A stretch of DNA of 64,000 nucleotides, taken from assembly GCA_951406725.2 (NCBI GenBank), contig OX597830.1, positions 3,472,001 to 3,536,000 of the forward strand. The letters run 5' to 3'. Both the position numbers and the translations under genes were made by a program. Numbering within the stretch: position 1 is the stretch's first letter; each line of letters opens with the position of its first letter. The stretch is from Octopus vulgaris. Lineage: Eukaryota. The notes beneath the pieces are model-generated. The model had not been told where the DNA came from, did not search any database, and saw only the letters and a program-made list of their open reading frames with translations. Shown one piece after another: positions 50,950 through 63,846 of the stretch.

Positions 50950-53900
50950 AAGAAGAACAACAACAGCATAAACACAACAAAATTCTTGACAAGAGAGAGA
51001 GAGAGAGGGAGGAATAGATAGAGAGTGTGAAGATGAGCGAGAGGCAGATAGTGATATTGGTGCAAAAGTCTTTTGGTAAAATGCACTCAGTTTCTTCCTC
51101 TCCCTCTCTGTGTGATAATTTTGTTGCATGAGAACCCTTAACCTCACCATACTGTTTCAGTCCCTTGTTTCATGATTATCGGGGGAACAGTCTATCTACA
51201 TGGGGGCGGGGGTACAGCCTGGACTTTAGGAAATTCATTTCAAATCTCCTTTCTAACATAAACTGAGCTATTTTACCCTTGTAATAATTTTTTTAAAAAT
51301 TTCTTTAAGATGATCTTCATTTTAATCCCAAAAGGTTTAACTTGTGTCACTGTCTCTCAGCCTCTCCTTCTATCTCTTCCTCCCACTCGGTGATATTTGT
51401 ATTGCTTTTTTTGTTTTTTTTGTTTTCTTTTTCATGCAACAACAAATTCCCACACTTTTCCTTGCAGAGTAAGACTGCTTGAGTCCACTGTAATATCTCA
51501 ATGTCCACAAACTGGAATATTCTGCACCTTTCCTTTATTCATAAACTGTTGTTCTTTACATCCTGAGCCCCACACACAACGTACTTTTTGTCTTTTAGCT
51601 CTTTCTTTCACCTTTCAATGCTCTCACTCGCATTTCTTTGCCCTTTTCTTCGTTGTTTTCATTATTCCTCTGAAGAAGAGTTTATTCCTCTTCACTCATC
51701 TTAATAAATGTTTGTTTTTTGCTGATTTTCTCATTTTGGTGACTTTTATTTCTCCTTTTCCCCTTTATATTTTCTCCATCAGTTGGAATACTTTCCTCTG
51801 TAGCCATTATCTCTTTTTAGTCACACAACGATGGGATGCTGGTAATGGTTGCTACCTTTAGACAACAGAATATCTACTCACATGTTTTCAGCACAGAACA
51901 AGAGATGCTCTCTGCCATTTATGGAACTGTGGCCTTTGGTTCCCAGGAAACCAGGGTGAGATGTTCTTGTTACTGCCTTCATTGGTCTCAACAGTTTCTC
52001 TTTCTTATTCTCCCTCCTATTCTTCCTAGTTCTTCAAGGTAAATGTTCCTGAAGCGTTTTTTACTGTATGTAAGACATTTTGCCTTATAGGCACAAGGCC
52101 TGAAATTTTCAGGGAAGAGGCTATTCAATTGCCTCAAACCCAGAACTTCATTGGTACTTATATTTTTCCTCCTGAAAGGATGAAAGACAAAGCTGAACTC
52201 TGAACATAAAGAGGGACGAAATACCTCTAAGAATTTTCTCCAGGATGCTAACCATTCTGCTAGCTCACCATCTTATTTGCTGCTTTCATAATAATTTCAT
52301 ACAGATGCTGTCTTTTTTTTTAAAAAACATGGATTTTTTTCTTTTTGCTCTCTTTTAAGTGACACAAGATTCTCTGTTAAATATTTTTGCTGGAACTGTG
52401 TTAAATTTAATGCTACTGTTTCTCATGACAGACACAAGATTATTCCATTGCAGAGTTGATTACCAGGAGTCACTGCAACATCTTGTTCAAAGGCACAATG
52501 TGACATCTGGTCTGAGCATCAAACCTACAATTTAATGATCATGAGCTCAACATCTGCACCACTCAGCCACACAATGCTGCAAAACACAATAAAATATGAA
52601 ATGAAACACAATATAAATAGAAGAGAAACATAACTACAAAAAGCAGGATTTTCTTCAAAATTACAAAGTATCTAGAATATATGGTATTGGAATATTTCCA
52701 ATCATAATGCAATGATTGACTTTCTTAGAGAACTTTTCTAAAATTTTTGTCTTAGACAAAACTTGTCTTCTGTAATTAAGATATAATAAAACGAAGTAGT
52801 TTATTATCAATCTGTATTTAATAAACAATTATAATAAAGTCAACATATGCATAACTCCAGCTAAGAAGAGGTTCTTTGGCACTGAATAACTCGACTGATA
52901 ATCAAATAAGCTGTTTAATAGAAATACTGTAACATACATATAGATATAGATAGATAGATAGATAGATAGATTTGCACACTTGTAATACAGTAATTTTCTC
53001 AATCTTTGTATAAATACAAAAATATAATTCATGGTTTTGTGAATAATGTTAAACTTCAAAAATGAATGGACAAAACATGTCTGGCAAAATTAATATGATT
53101 AGTATTTGATGAGTGGAAAAGCTGTTAATTAGAAGAAATTATCAGAAACATTTTAAAGTAGAACAGTTAGTAATAATTTAAAGAAGGAAACGGTCTTGGA
53201 GAAAACTGAAAGACAGTAGAAATATTTAATACAATTCCAGTTAAGTTTGGAAATGGAACAGGTGAGTTCATATCACTTTATTTTGCTACTGTTGCTGTTA
53301 GCTTTGATGGAGCAAAACTAGGATTAATGTTATTCCAGCTATGACCCTCACACCAGTTTATTTTTATTTATTCTTTTGACATAGCATATCTAGAACTACA
53401 TTTTCCAGAGTAACAGAACTTTTTGCTTAGTTCCAGTTGAGCCCCACTCAGCCTGGGTCAAATCCCTTTTGGCCATAACCAACATGGCTTGTTGCTTTCA
53501 CACATAGAATATCTGACACCACAATTTCAATGTATCTTACTTTCTGATTGTTGTTGTTGTTGTTGTTGAGCTCCATGTCATCGCTGAATAAGTAAAAATA
53601 TAGTCAAAGGCATTCCACCCATGAGCACCATACCTTTTTTGTGCTATATTACAACTAAAGCTACATAATCCAATGGGTCCTTTCTTAGTTTTTCCCTTAT
53701 CATATGTTAGCTAAAGTGTTATTTGAGGAGGATCTGGCTGCTATATCTAACAAACTGACCAACAACATTGACGTTTCTTTATTAGCTCAATTACATAAAT
53801 GTGCAAGATACACTGAGAGATGACGAAACCAAAACACTAACCACAAACTGGAACTTATGACTAAAACAATTTTTTATAATCAAATAAATGGCTTTAGGTG

Positions 53901-54499
53901 TCCATGATGCTATTGATTCGGTTAAGTTTCAAATAGAGGAAAGGCCTTTCATAATATAATATATTGCATCCTGTAGAGAGCAAGCAATTTCAAAAGTCTA
54001 CAGTATATTTTGGCCCAACAGAGCAGCCGCAGCTTCCTTGAGGTGATTTGAGCTATATTTAGGACATAATTTATAGACAAAATCTCTGGACAAAGTTATT
54101 CCCAAAATGTCAATCAAAAGTGCTTTGTGAAGTTGGCTGTTCACCAAAAACAAGAGAGACCAGTGGGAGTCTTTATCACTGAAAATTTCAATAGTTTAGT
54201 AATGTTAACACTTTGAAGCTGAATAGCTTGTAGGTTCTGCAAGCTATTCTGCTTTAAACTGACATTTGAAAGAACAAATACAGTTTAGTATAAATTAATG
54301 CTAAGTAGAATAGCAAGTTTGTTTTATTGTTATATTTTAACTTATAAACAATGCCATTGTTCCATTTGCTTCATCAAGTTTAAAAGGTTTATGAGGAGGA
54401 GAAGAAGCTTGAGAAGACAGAGAGAGAATTTACTCTATGGCCTTATCAGCTAGCTATAGAAAGGTTAAGCGAATAATGTGCTTAGTTGTGTTTGGTACA

Positions 54500-54960
54500 A
54501 GAAGGGTTGGCGGTCTCGGATTGGTGATACCAGTAGGCGGAGCACATGAAGAAGATTGTTCCAGGCCATGGCCTCTGTAGTACTACAGTGAAAGGTCTTG
54601 GTAGTTTTATTTGCTCTTTACCATTAATGAAATTATGACTTGTAAATTTTAATTGAGAGATAATTCATGCCACTGAATTGACTGTAATATTCTCACTGGG
54701 GAGTTGAGCCCCATCAAATAAGTATCGTGCTGTAGTAAGTAGGGGAAGCAAATAATTGCTGGCTGTTTCTAGACTCGATAAAATTTTCAGTATCTGTTTT
54801 GAATGTCCATGAACCCAAATATTTCCTCTTATTGCTACAAATTTGTGAGTTGTGATGGTGGTCATTGTAAGAACAAATTATTGTGAAGATTTTCGGTATT
54901 TTGATTACAGATAAACAGACATCAGTGGACATCAATCACATGACAACTATTTGTTTCCCT
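54500..54960 (-). pseudogene. Ancient LINE RT relic
   Basis: KYLGSW motif; the rest is highly decayed. Confidence 0.4.
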
Positions 54961-55138
54961 GTTTGTTCATATTGCATGGAAATCTTTTGCTGTAGTCTTG
55001 GACTGGCTACCATTGGTCTGTAATTTGGTAGATGAATTAAGAACAAATTGTAAGAATATAAGAAATGAAGAAAAAAATCTTCATTCGTATATCCAGGCAT
55101 GTGTACAAGTGTTTAAGTGAACTGTTATGTGTGTCAGA

Positions 55139-55430
55139 TGTATGGCTTGATGGCCACAGCATTCAGCTCAAGTTCATAAGGTCATGAGATCAATTCCAAG
55201 TGGAAGATTGTGTCCTTGAGCAAGACACTTTCTTTCTCATTGCTCCAGTTCACTCAACTGACAAAATTAGCTGTAGCTGTAATCTAAAGGGTCAACTTTG
55301 TCACTCACTTTATCATCTTGAATCTCTACATTAAGGGTATGCATGTCTACAGAGTGCTCCACAACCTGCCGGGTAGCTTTATGAGCAGTTGATTGATTCA
55401 GCTGGAACACTCATCATCATAACCAATAGA
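55139..55430 (+). mobile_element. SINE family C, diverged
   Basis: TTGTGTCCTTGAGCAAGACACTTT...TTGCTCCAGTTCACTCA. Similar to 28590-28900. Confidence 0.7.
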
Positions 55431-56504
55431 GAGTCAGGCCTGTGTGTGTGTGTGTGTAGATGAAGTGTTCTGAGTCCATTACTGAGAGTTTCCTAAAACA
55501 TTTCCTAATAATTTAGATGTTCTGCTTTTGGAAAATATGACTTGAATGCAAGCCTTTATTGATCATTTGGAAGCTTGATTCCCAATGGATCAGGTATGTC
55601 ACATCATTGAATTTATTGCAGAAGTGAGATATTCTAGAGCTCTATTATGGTGTAAGGGAGGCAACCTGACCAAGGTTAGCTTTCAAGAGCAAGAGTTTAT
55701 TCTTTCTTCTTCCCTTTCTTTGCAGTCATTGACTGACATTATTTTTTTGGGGGGGGGTCAATCAGTTGGAAATGTCCAGAGAGAAATTTTCATCTGTTGG
55801 AAATAATTTCAAGTTTTCCTTTAAGGAATATGACACACTACTCCAGTGTGTTCAGTTTCTCTGAATGCTATCTTGTAAAATGTATGCTGTTCTGTATACT
55901 ACAGCTTGCAAAAACAGAATCACCATGGTAAACAAGTACTTGACATCAGCAGTTGTAAGTGTTTTGCCAGGCTGGAGACAGAGTGGATGCATGTTTTTCT
56001 GTATGGGCATTAGATACTAAAAGTGGTATTATCTTGGCAGAAATTATTAGCCTTAATGTTATTTGTGCTAAAGAGCTTATAATATTTATGAGTAGTCTTA
56101 CAAAATATAGGAAAGTTTTGGATATACTAGCATAAGAGAAGCAAGAAGTAACAAAAGCAAAGTGAAATAAATCATATACAATTCAACAACACATTCACAA
56201 TGGTAAATAAAAACCACATATTCTTTATTATAATTTAATAACTTGAGCTATGGTGTCTGTAGTATTAAACGTTTTTTTTTTAAATATTGAAAACAATACA
56301 AAATAGGCTTTAGGTTTGCTTCAGTTAAATAGATTTTCTGTATGAATGGAAACACCTTCCTCTCTTTGCCCATTAATTTGAACATGTACAGATCACTCTG
56401 AATTAAGTAATAAATTGTATAAAAGTTAACAGTAAACTTGTAAAACTGGAAATTTTAAGTGAACACAATTTTAGGGATTTTTCACCATTTTCACTAAACT
56501 TATA

Positions 56505-58200
56505 AAACCTTGTGTAGTTCTGGCAAAGCTACATGCATTTGTTGAATGCCGAGCAGAAGAGTTTGGAAGAACAAACCTAAACACACATTGAGATTTATTG
56601 ATTGTCATCATGAAATCTACTTGAGCTAGAAGCTGTAATTGCGTAAGTGTAAATTTCAGAAGGTCTCAGTTTAATTCTTGCCACAATGACATGTTTTCTG
56701 TCACAATGTTACCTTCATTCATACGTTCATGTAAATGTGTTATTCGAATTCTTCTTCCATAGCAAATCCCATTAGTCTTATCTAAATTTCACAATTGCAT
56801 TACAAGACATTCCTTTGTCGAAGTAAAATACGAGAGATGGGAACCCAACCAAATGTTACAGCTGTTTAGAAATTCAATTTGATAATTGTCTTCATCATTG
56901 CAGGAATAAGTTCCTTCACAAGTGGCTATTTCCCCATTAAATATCATGATAATTTCCTCATTTATAGAACCAACAATAGAGATAGCCTTGCTCAATCAAT
57001 GAGGTTTGCAGGATCCAAGAGGTAGTCAAAAACTTGGTTCAGGATTTTGATGATCATTTAGCACCAACTTCAATGATACTTAGAATTCAAAATTTGTCAT
57101 CAGAATCTAACTGCTCCATCCTGACACCAGCATGCAAAACAACATTAGCCTAGCCATGGCCCTCCCCACTGAACAAAATAAGGAAGAATAAGGCCATCTC
57201 ATGGTGATCAAAAAAGTATGACTCCTAAATTCATTGATATTCCGCAGAGCCCCCTGTGGGGCTGAATGCTGGATTATACAGAAAAAACAAATCAAAGGAA
57301 ACTCAAAGCATTTGATCAATGGTGTTTTAGATGCTTTCTCATAATAAGCTGGATGAATATAAGAATTAATGAGTGACAAGATAAAGTGCCAGGAAAGACT
57401 GCTAAATACTATCATGAAAAGAAAATGAACCTTTGCCAGCCATATATTTAGAAGGCAAGCCCTTGACAAGTTCCTGTTAACAGGTGTAAAATATGGTAAA
57501 AGAATGGGAGGAAGACCTAAAACCAGATTTAGTGATAACATCCAACTTTAGTGGCAGAATTGTGCAGACTGGCACAGTTCAGACATGGCTGGAGGACAAC
57601 AGTGGCTCAATAACTTGAGTCTTGAGAAGAAGATGGCTATCTCCATTCTGTTGTCACATGACCATGACAGACATGACTTCCAAAGTGAAGAATAAATCCT
57701 AACTATGTTCACAATAATAGCTCAATCAACTTTCTTTGAGAGAATGTCTGTCCAAAAGGTTCAAGAACCCTATGGTCTTGCCACCAAAGGATAAATTGCT
57801 TTGCATAAAGATTAGGAAATGTGCAGTCAATAACTTCATATCTATATTTCCAAATTTGTAGGGATCCATCCCCAAAAGATGTATTGGGCATCAAACTCTA
57901 GTTGGACAACACAACTGTCACTGGGTCACCTAAGCAATGCATACTTCACTTCCACCACAAAAAGGCCCATGGCAAATTCATTAGTATTCATAAAAGGCTC
58001 TGCTACATTAGTCATCCTAATGGCATCCTTCATAAAAGTAATGAAGAATGTGTCAAAGATGTGCCTGTCGCATGAACAGAGAAAGCATTTTCACCATCTT
58101 AGTATTATTTACCATTTCACTGCAATGGTAGACAAACTAACTGAACTTATTTCGATCTGCCACCAGGAGGCCCAAGTAACTTCTCATAAACTCTAAACAG
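56505..58200 (-). pseudogene. Helitron Pif1-family helicase fossil, split by an RTE fragment
   Basis: Motifs in order: GPPGG (Walker A relic), YEVIDCT, SFGGKTI, SINEEI...NYQIEFLNS, NLDKTNGICYG.R (cf. GLCNGTR), MTINKSQ, and QMHVAL (cf. QLYVALSR). Confidence 0.88.
57110..57630 (+). mobile_element. RTE LINE C-terminal relic inserted into the Helitron fossil
   Basis: LLNTIMKRK*TFASHIFRR.ALDKFLLTGVKYGKRMGGRPKTRFSDNI. Confidence 0.75.
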
Positions 58201-59421
58201 ACACCCTGGCGCATAATGAATCACATTAGAGACAATGCAATAAGTTGAACGTGTGCCAAACACAATTTAAACCATTCAGTCATTTTTTATCAATCTGCTG
58301 ATGTGTACAGTTGAGCAAGAATTTGATTGAACGAAACTTTTGGCTGCTTATCTTACACATAGAAATTTTAGGTGTGTGTGTGTGCATGTGTATGTGTGCA
58401 TGAGTGCACGCATGTATGTGTGTGCATGCATATATGCATGAGTGTGTATGTGTGTGTGTACACAATTTATCACCTTGTCTACATTCTGAATAATTCCATT
58501 TCAAAGTATTTGTTATTATCGAAAATGTTGATCATTGTATTCAGTCTAGTTCTTTTCATATTTCAATAATTAATTCTTTAGATATGGCAGTAATATTAAC
58601 ACATTTTGTTCCCCTTTCACAACAGTCTTTGGAAAACTTTCTATAAAACCTTATTGTAAAACTGTCTTTGACCTATGCTTTCTTAATTAAGACAACCAGT
58701 GTGTTGTTTTTATTTTTTACAACCCAATTTTTTAAACATTTATTATACATTCAGAAGTCAATAGCTGACTGACACTAAATCTTGTTTCTTAATGCCAGGT
58801 TTCTGAGAACATTAGGTTTGGTAGATTTAAACTTATTTATTTTTAATCATGTAGAATGAATGGTTCTGTTTAATCTGTTTATTACCATTTATGTAATTCA
58901 CAGTGAAAGTAGCTTTTCTACTCTAAACAGACGAATCATTTGTGACTGCATTTTGCAAACCTACTTAACTATCTAAAGCACAACATAATTGTAACTTCAT
59001 TTTCATGATACAAAAAAAATATAATAAAAGCAAGCTACAAGTTCTGTGAACTCGTTGAACTTTTTTATATTCTCTGTGAGATGCCTTCATGGAAAATGCT
59101 TCTTCATTATTTCATTCAGAAAAGACTTTTTATTTTGCAAAAGTTATAAAATTTGGTCATATTTTATAATTCAGTTGCTGGATGTTATAGTTAGAATATG
59201 AAACAATGACAAAATTGGCATCGAATTTTCTATGATAAACAAATTACAAATTTCTCTGTGAATAATTGAGGGAAAATATTAACGAATGAGCAAATAGATT
59301 TAGTATATTATTTTAATGATATAAACATTTCTCTCTCTTTCCCCCTCCCTCCCTCCTCGATTGACCGCTGGCTACTAAAGCTTTCTTTTTTTATCCTCTT
59401 TCTGTTTATTTTCTCATGTTC

Positions 59422-59457
59422 CTTTCTGTTGAAGAGCGTAGGCTCGAAATGTAAAAG
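59422..59457 (+). ncRNA. Variant minimal hammerhead motif in a Penelope-like fragment (about 59330-59540)
   Basis: CUUU-CUGUUGA-A-GAGC(gtag)GCUC-GAAAU-GUA-AAAG. Stems I and II pair, but core A6 is replaced by U. Confidence 0.6.
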
Positions 59458-59544
59458 ACTTTTTCACCTTCCCAAGTGTTAACACCTGTTCATTGTTTAT
59501 ACACCTGTCTTCGTCTTTTGTTTTTTGTAAATTCCAACTATATA

Positions 59545-59593
<49 letters not shown>

Positions 59594-59630
59594 GTGTATG
59601 TACATAGTCTGATCATTAAGTATCCGGACT

Positions 59631-59644
59631 GTTGCTATAGTAAC
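59631..59644. promoter_or_regulatory. RFX X-box
   Basis: GTTGCTATAGTAAC matches GTTNYY-AT-RRNAAC. Confidence 0.6.
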
Positions 59645-60008
59645 AAAAGTAAAGCACACAGAGTGAAGCTGCTTGGCACAGATTGACCTTGAACTCTGCT
59701 GTGCATGCACACTAAGTTTTTATGTTGCAGCTCCCTTCCACTAAGAGACACAACCATGGTGTTCCTTCAGGTTCATAAGATCTGTATTTCTTCTGAACAA
59801 ACATTGCTGTATCTTACCCCATTTATATGCACTCCATCAAATTCATGAAATACAGCATTGAAGAGCTTGTTCTCTTGACAAAAGAAACCCCAAACCCTGT
59901 ATTTGAACCAAAACCAAACACGATTTGCTACACTAGAACCCCCCCCCCAAAAAAAAAAAAAAACAGGGCTAGAAACAAGAGACAGATGCAAACAATAACT
60001 GCAATGGT

Positions 60009-60022
60009 GTTGTCATGGAAAC
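60009..60022. promoter_or_regulatory. RFX X-box
   Basis: GTTGTCATGGAAAC (reverse complement GTTTCCATGACAAC) matches GTTNYY-AT-RRNAAC. Confidence 0.65.
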
Positions 60023-60164
60023 AAATAATTGCCACTTTAGAGATGTTGGTAAAGGAGGCTTTTGATTAGTTAAAATTTCATATATTTAAAGGCGTGTAAC
60101 CTTTTTATTGCTAATTTCCAGAGAAATTCATGTGGTTTTCATCATCATCATCATGCAGAGTACT

Positions 60165-60337
60165 TCAGTGTAAAAAGAAAAATCCGTTTTCTTGTTTTTG
60201 CCTGTGTAATTTCATCATCGTCTCCATTGAGATTCTCTTGACAGAATTTTTACGTGAGGCTGAGCCGACAGCCTTTTGGCCAGCCTCAAGTGTCTTCAGT
60301 GTCTTGTCGAATCTTGATGGTTTTTGTTGTGAATAGC
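60165..60337 (-). CDS. Possible terminal exon: YSQQKPSRFDKTLKTLEAGQKAVGSASRKNSVKRISMETMMKLHRQKQENGFFFLH*
   Basis: Acceptor aaactttag| below a long pyrimidine tract (60400-60680). One long open frame, with AATAAA about 55 nt after the stop. It could equally be UTR. Confidence 0.3.
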
Positions 60338-60399
60338 CTAAAGTTTGTGTGATGCTGTTATGAGAAGTGAGGGGTTTAATAGTTGAAGAATGAGATAAT

Positions 60400-60639
60400 A
60401 AGAAAGGGAGAGAGAGAAATGGGAAGAGAAAAGAGAGAGGGAAAGTATGAGAAACCGAGAGAGAGAGAGAAGATGAAGAAAGATAGGGAAAGCGAAAGAG
60501 AGAGCAGAAGAGAGAGATAGAGAAAGAGTGGGGAGAAAGAAAAGGAGTAAGAGAATAAAGATTACAGAGAAAGAGAAAAAGAGAAGGGAAATAAAGAAAG
60601 TGTTTAGTGCAGGCATGTGTAACAGAGTTGAAAGGAGAA

Positions 60640-60678
<39 letters not shown>
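60400..60678. repeat. GA-rich polypurine tract and (GA)n
   Basis: Direct reading. Confidence 0.9.
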
Positions 60679-60681
<3 letters not shown>

Positions 60682-60902
60682 GCAATTTGAAATAGCAAGT
60701 TTGTGTAGTTTATGAGATTTAGATAATCAAATAATGGAATTTTACAATAAACAATAAAAATAAAAGTTTAGTCATTGTTACAGGTTTTAATGTTCAAATG
60801 TTTTAGTAGTTTCAGGCACAGTGGTATGGATCTGAGCCCAACTGTATGGCACCATGGGTAAGTGTTTTCTTCTACTATAGCCTGACTTTACTCTGTCTTC
60901 CA

Positions 60903-60935
60903 TTTCTGAAGAAGAGCTTCACTCGAAATGTAAAA
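60903..60935 (+). ncRNA. Minimal hammerhead motif in a Penelope-like fragment (about 60890-61040) nested in a SINE A copy
   Basis: UUU-CUGAAGA-A-GAG(cttca)CUC-GAAAU-GUA-AAA. The core is intact and the stems are short. Confidence 0.6.
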
Positions 60936-61368
60936 CTCCCTTTCTTTCCTTCTCTGTGTGTCTTATTAATACTTTGCATGTACCACGTCCTCGCATTGTT
61001 GTTTTTTTTCTTTTTACTCCGTTTTTTTTTTAATTAATTGCACTCACACACACACACACGTGTGTGGGTGTCTTTGTATCTGTGATTTTCCCTTACCACC
61101 ACTTGAGAGCTGGTGTTTGCGTGTGTACATCTCTGCAACTTAGCAGTTTGGCGAAAGAGACCACTAGAGTAAGTACCAGTCTTTATCATAAAAAAATAAG
61201 TACAGGGGTCATTTTATTCAAGTGAGACATTCCCTAAGGTGGTGCCCCAGTATGGCTGCAGTCGAAAGACTGAAACAAGGAAAGGATAAAATATATCCTC
61301 AATCTGTTATTATATCCATCTATCTACATGGATACAATGATAGAATAGGAAATATCTTTCATCTATGC

Positions 61369-61408
61369 GCACACACAAACACACACGTATACACACACGT
61401 ACACACAT

Positions 61409-61466
<58 letters not shown>
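61369..61466. repeat. (CA)n microsatellite
   Basis: Direct reading. Confidence 0.95.
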
Positions 61467-61471
<5 letters not shown>

Positions 61472-63634
61472 TGGTGATGAATCTTTGAAATATTCCACTG
61501 TAAAGTTTTGTGGCCATGTTGGGGCACTACCATCAGCTTTCAGTTTTTTTCTTCTTAAAACATTAAAGAAAAGAAACGTGGAAACATAAGTAAGTTGTTC
61601 TACTGGTACATCAAAAGATATACAAGCAGACAGGTAATAGGTAGGGCTACAGGTATAGCAATAGATATACAAATAGATAGCTGAACTGAAATGAAAGGAA
61701 AATAATCTTCATTGGCAAATAATTTGGACTGAACCTTCTTACTTAAAAGTGATGGTGATGTCATTAGGGGTATAAGTAAAGGAGAATGCCACTTCCAATA
61801 AATATATTGGTCAAAGGAGGGTGGTGGTGATGGTGATGGATGAAGAGCGAAAAGGGAATCATTTTTGTGTTTTATATTTTTCCTTTATCCCCCATCACTT
61901 AACACATGCACCTCAGTGAATTAACTTATCGTCTGTCCAGTCAAAACTTATAAAATATGGATGCTGACAGACAATATAAAGCAACAAGATAAACAAGGAG
62001 AAGATTTAAGAAAGGTGTCTTTATTGTTCATCTTTCCAAATATTCGTATTGTTAAAATCTACCAAAGCCAGCTATTTTGAGGAAAGGGGACAAGTCAATT
62101 AATTGACCCCAATACTTACTTTATCCATCTGAAAGAATGAAAAGCCGACCCTGGTAGAATTTGAACAAAAACCATAAGAATTTGGGAAAAGGTCACACGA
62201 GTGAATTTAACATGCGAGATAATTCCTTATAGCAATCTAAATCAAATTTTATGATGCCCTGGTTAAATTTTTTAAAATTTGTAATCATCTGTCATGGAAC
62301 AAAGGCACTGAAGAAGATAAGCAGCTTCCCAGGGCTTTTGGTGCTTGAAATTGACTAATTATGTGGCCCTGTTTTCAAGGGCATCACTTAATTACATTGT
62401 TCTCTGCCCTCTGAGTTTCTCTGCCCTCCTTGCATTGATAGCAAAGGGATCCCACAACACTTCAGTTCCAGGCTCATCAAAACTGTTGGTCCATCATTGT
62501 GTGCATATAACTTTTTTTTCCCCTCTTCCCCAAATACCTGATTCTAATTTCTCCAGGACACTCTATAAAATTATTGATGACAGGAACCTATCCAACCATA
62601 GAAACCTTGCCAAAAATGGATGCACAAATGAGATGCACTTACTTGATCAACGTGGAAGGTAGTATGACTCACCATGGGGTAAAGGGTTTTGCAGTTTTGC
62701 TCTATATTTAGTACTTAGCCACTTGATATTTTCCCAAACTTTTAATATTCTAATATATAACTCAATTTGATCCTGCTGTTATGTGTAGTCGCCACTCATT
62801 ATTGCTATTTGTTGCAATTCAAGATATCAACGGTAAATTTTGCAAGTTTGGAAGCAAAATGCTAATTGACTTCTTTGTTCATTCGGCTTTCCTAGGTCAG
62901 TTGAACATAACTGAAAGTTCGCTTAGTGTTGTTCTCTCTTCATTTGTATACAGCCGTTGTTACAGGACCTTTGATCTAAGACCCTTAACTTACCAGTAAT
63001 TGATACTAAATAGTGGATTTGTGTTCTTTTTAGTTTCCTGTCCCTTTGAATTGTTAGTGGTTTTATGAAAACTTAGAACTCCTTTAGCCATCGACAGCCA
63101 TTTTCTGTAGAAATCCATTTTGCTTAATACAAATAACCTTTTAATCCCTTTTATCTGATTTCCTTCTTCGAGTTTTACCATTTCTTTTGAACTCTACCCT
63201 TTTATTGTATTAATTCCTGTTTTTATATTATTCTTGTTAATTGTATTGCACACATATTCGCTGATATGTCTATTCATGAATGGGACCCTCTTAGTAAGAA
63301 GTCAGTTCTTTGTTTAATAAAAAGGGTTTCATTAGCTTTCTATTCTGATTAACTATATTTGCAGTGCAAATTCATACAATTCACTCGTGTAAGAAACAAT
63401 TGTGAATATTATTATTATTGATATTTGAGTCATGTGAGAAAATGAGGATATAATAGATGCATCTCAGAAATGTTCACTTTAACACACTGGAGTGCTGGGT
63501 TCGAACCTGTGTTTATCCGTTTTACTTTGTAAATCTCTTGAGGTTTTTATAAGATCAGAGAACTACATTGTATATACATATATGTGTGTGTGAGTGGAAA
63601 ATAAGCTGGAGTTGAATACCATATCAATATATAC

Positions 63635-63846
63635 TTTTCTACTTTAGGCACAAGGCCCAAAATTTTGGGGGAGGGGGCAAGTCAATTAGATCGACACCAG
63701 TATGCAACTGGTACTTAATTTATCGACCCCAAATGGATGAAAGGAAAAATCAACCATGACAGAATTTGAACTCAGAACGTGAAGATGGATGAAATACTAC
63801 AAAGCATTTTGCCCAGTGTGCTAAAGATTCTGATAGCTCGACGCCT
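63635..63846 (-). mobile_element. SINE family B
   Basis: Close match to 24790-25002. Confidence 0.85.

Noticed and set aside
51397-51861. 154-aa Phe/Leu-rich ORF as a membrane protein
   Set aside because: Pyrimidine-rich low-complexity strand, probably the antisense of a decayed retroelement region.
53998-54178. Open minus-strand frame DKDSHWSLLFLVNSQLHK... in phase with ATG GG| at 59818
   Set aside because: No donor, no recognised homology, and a length compatible with chance.
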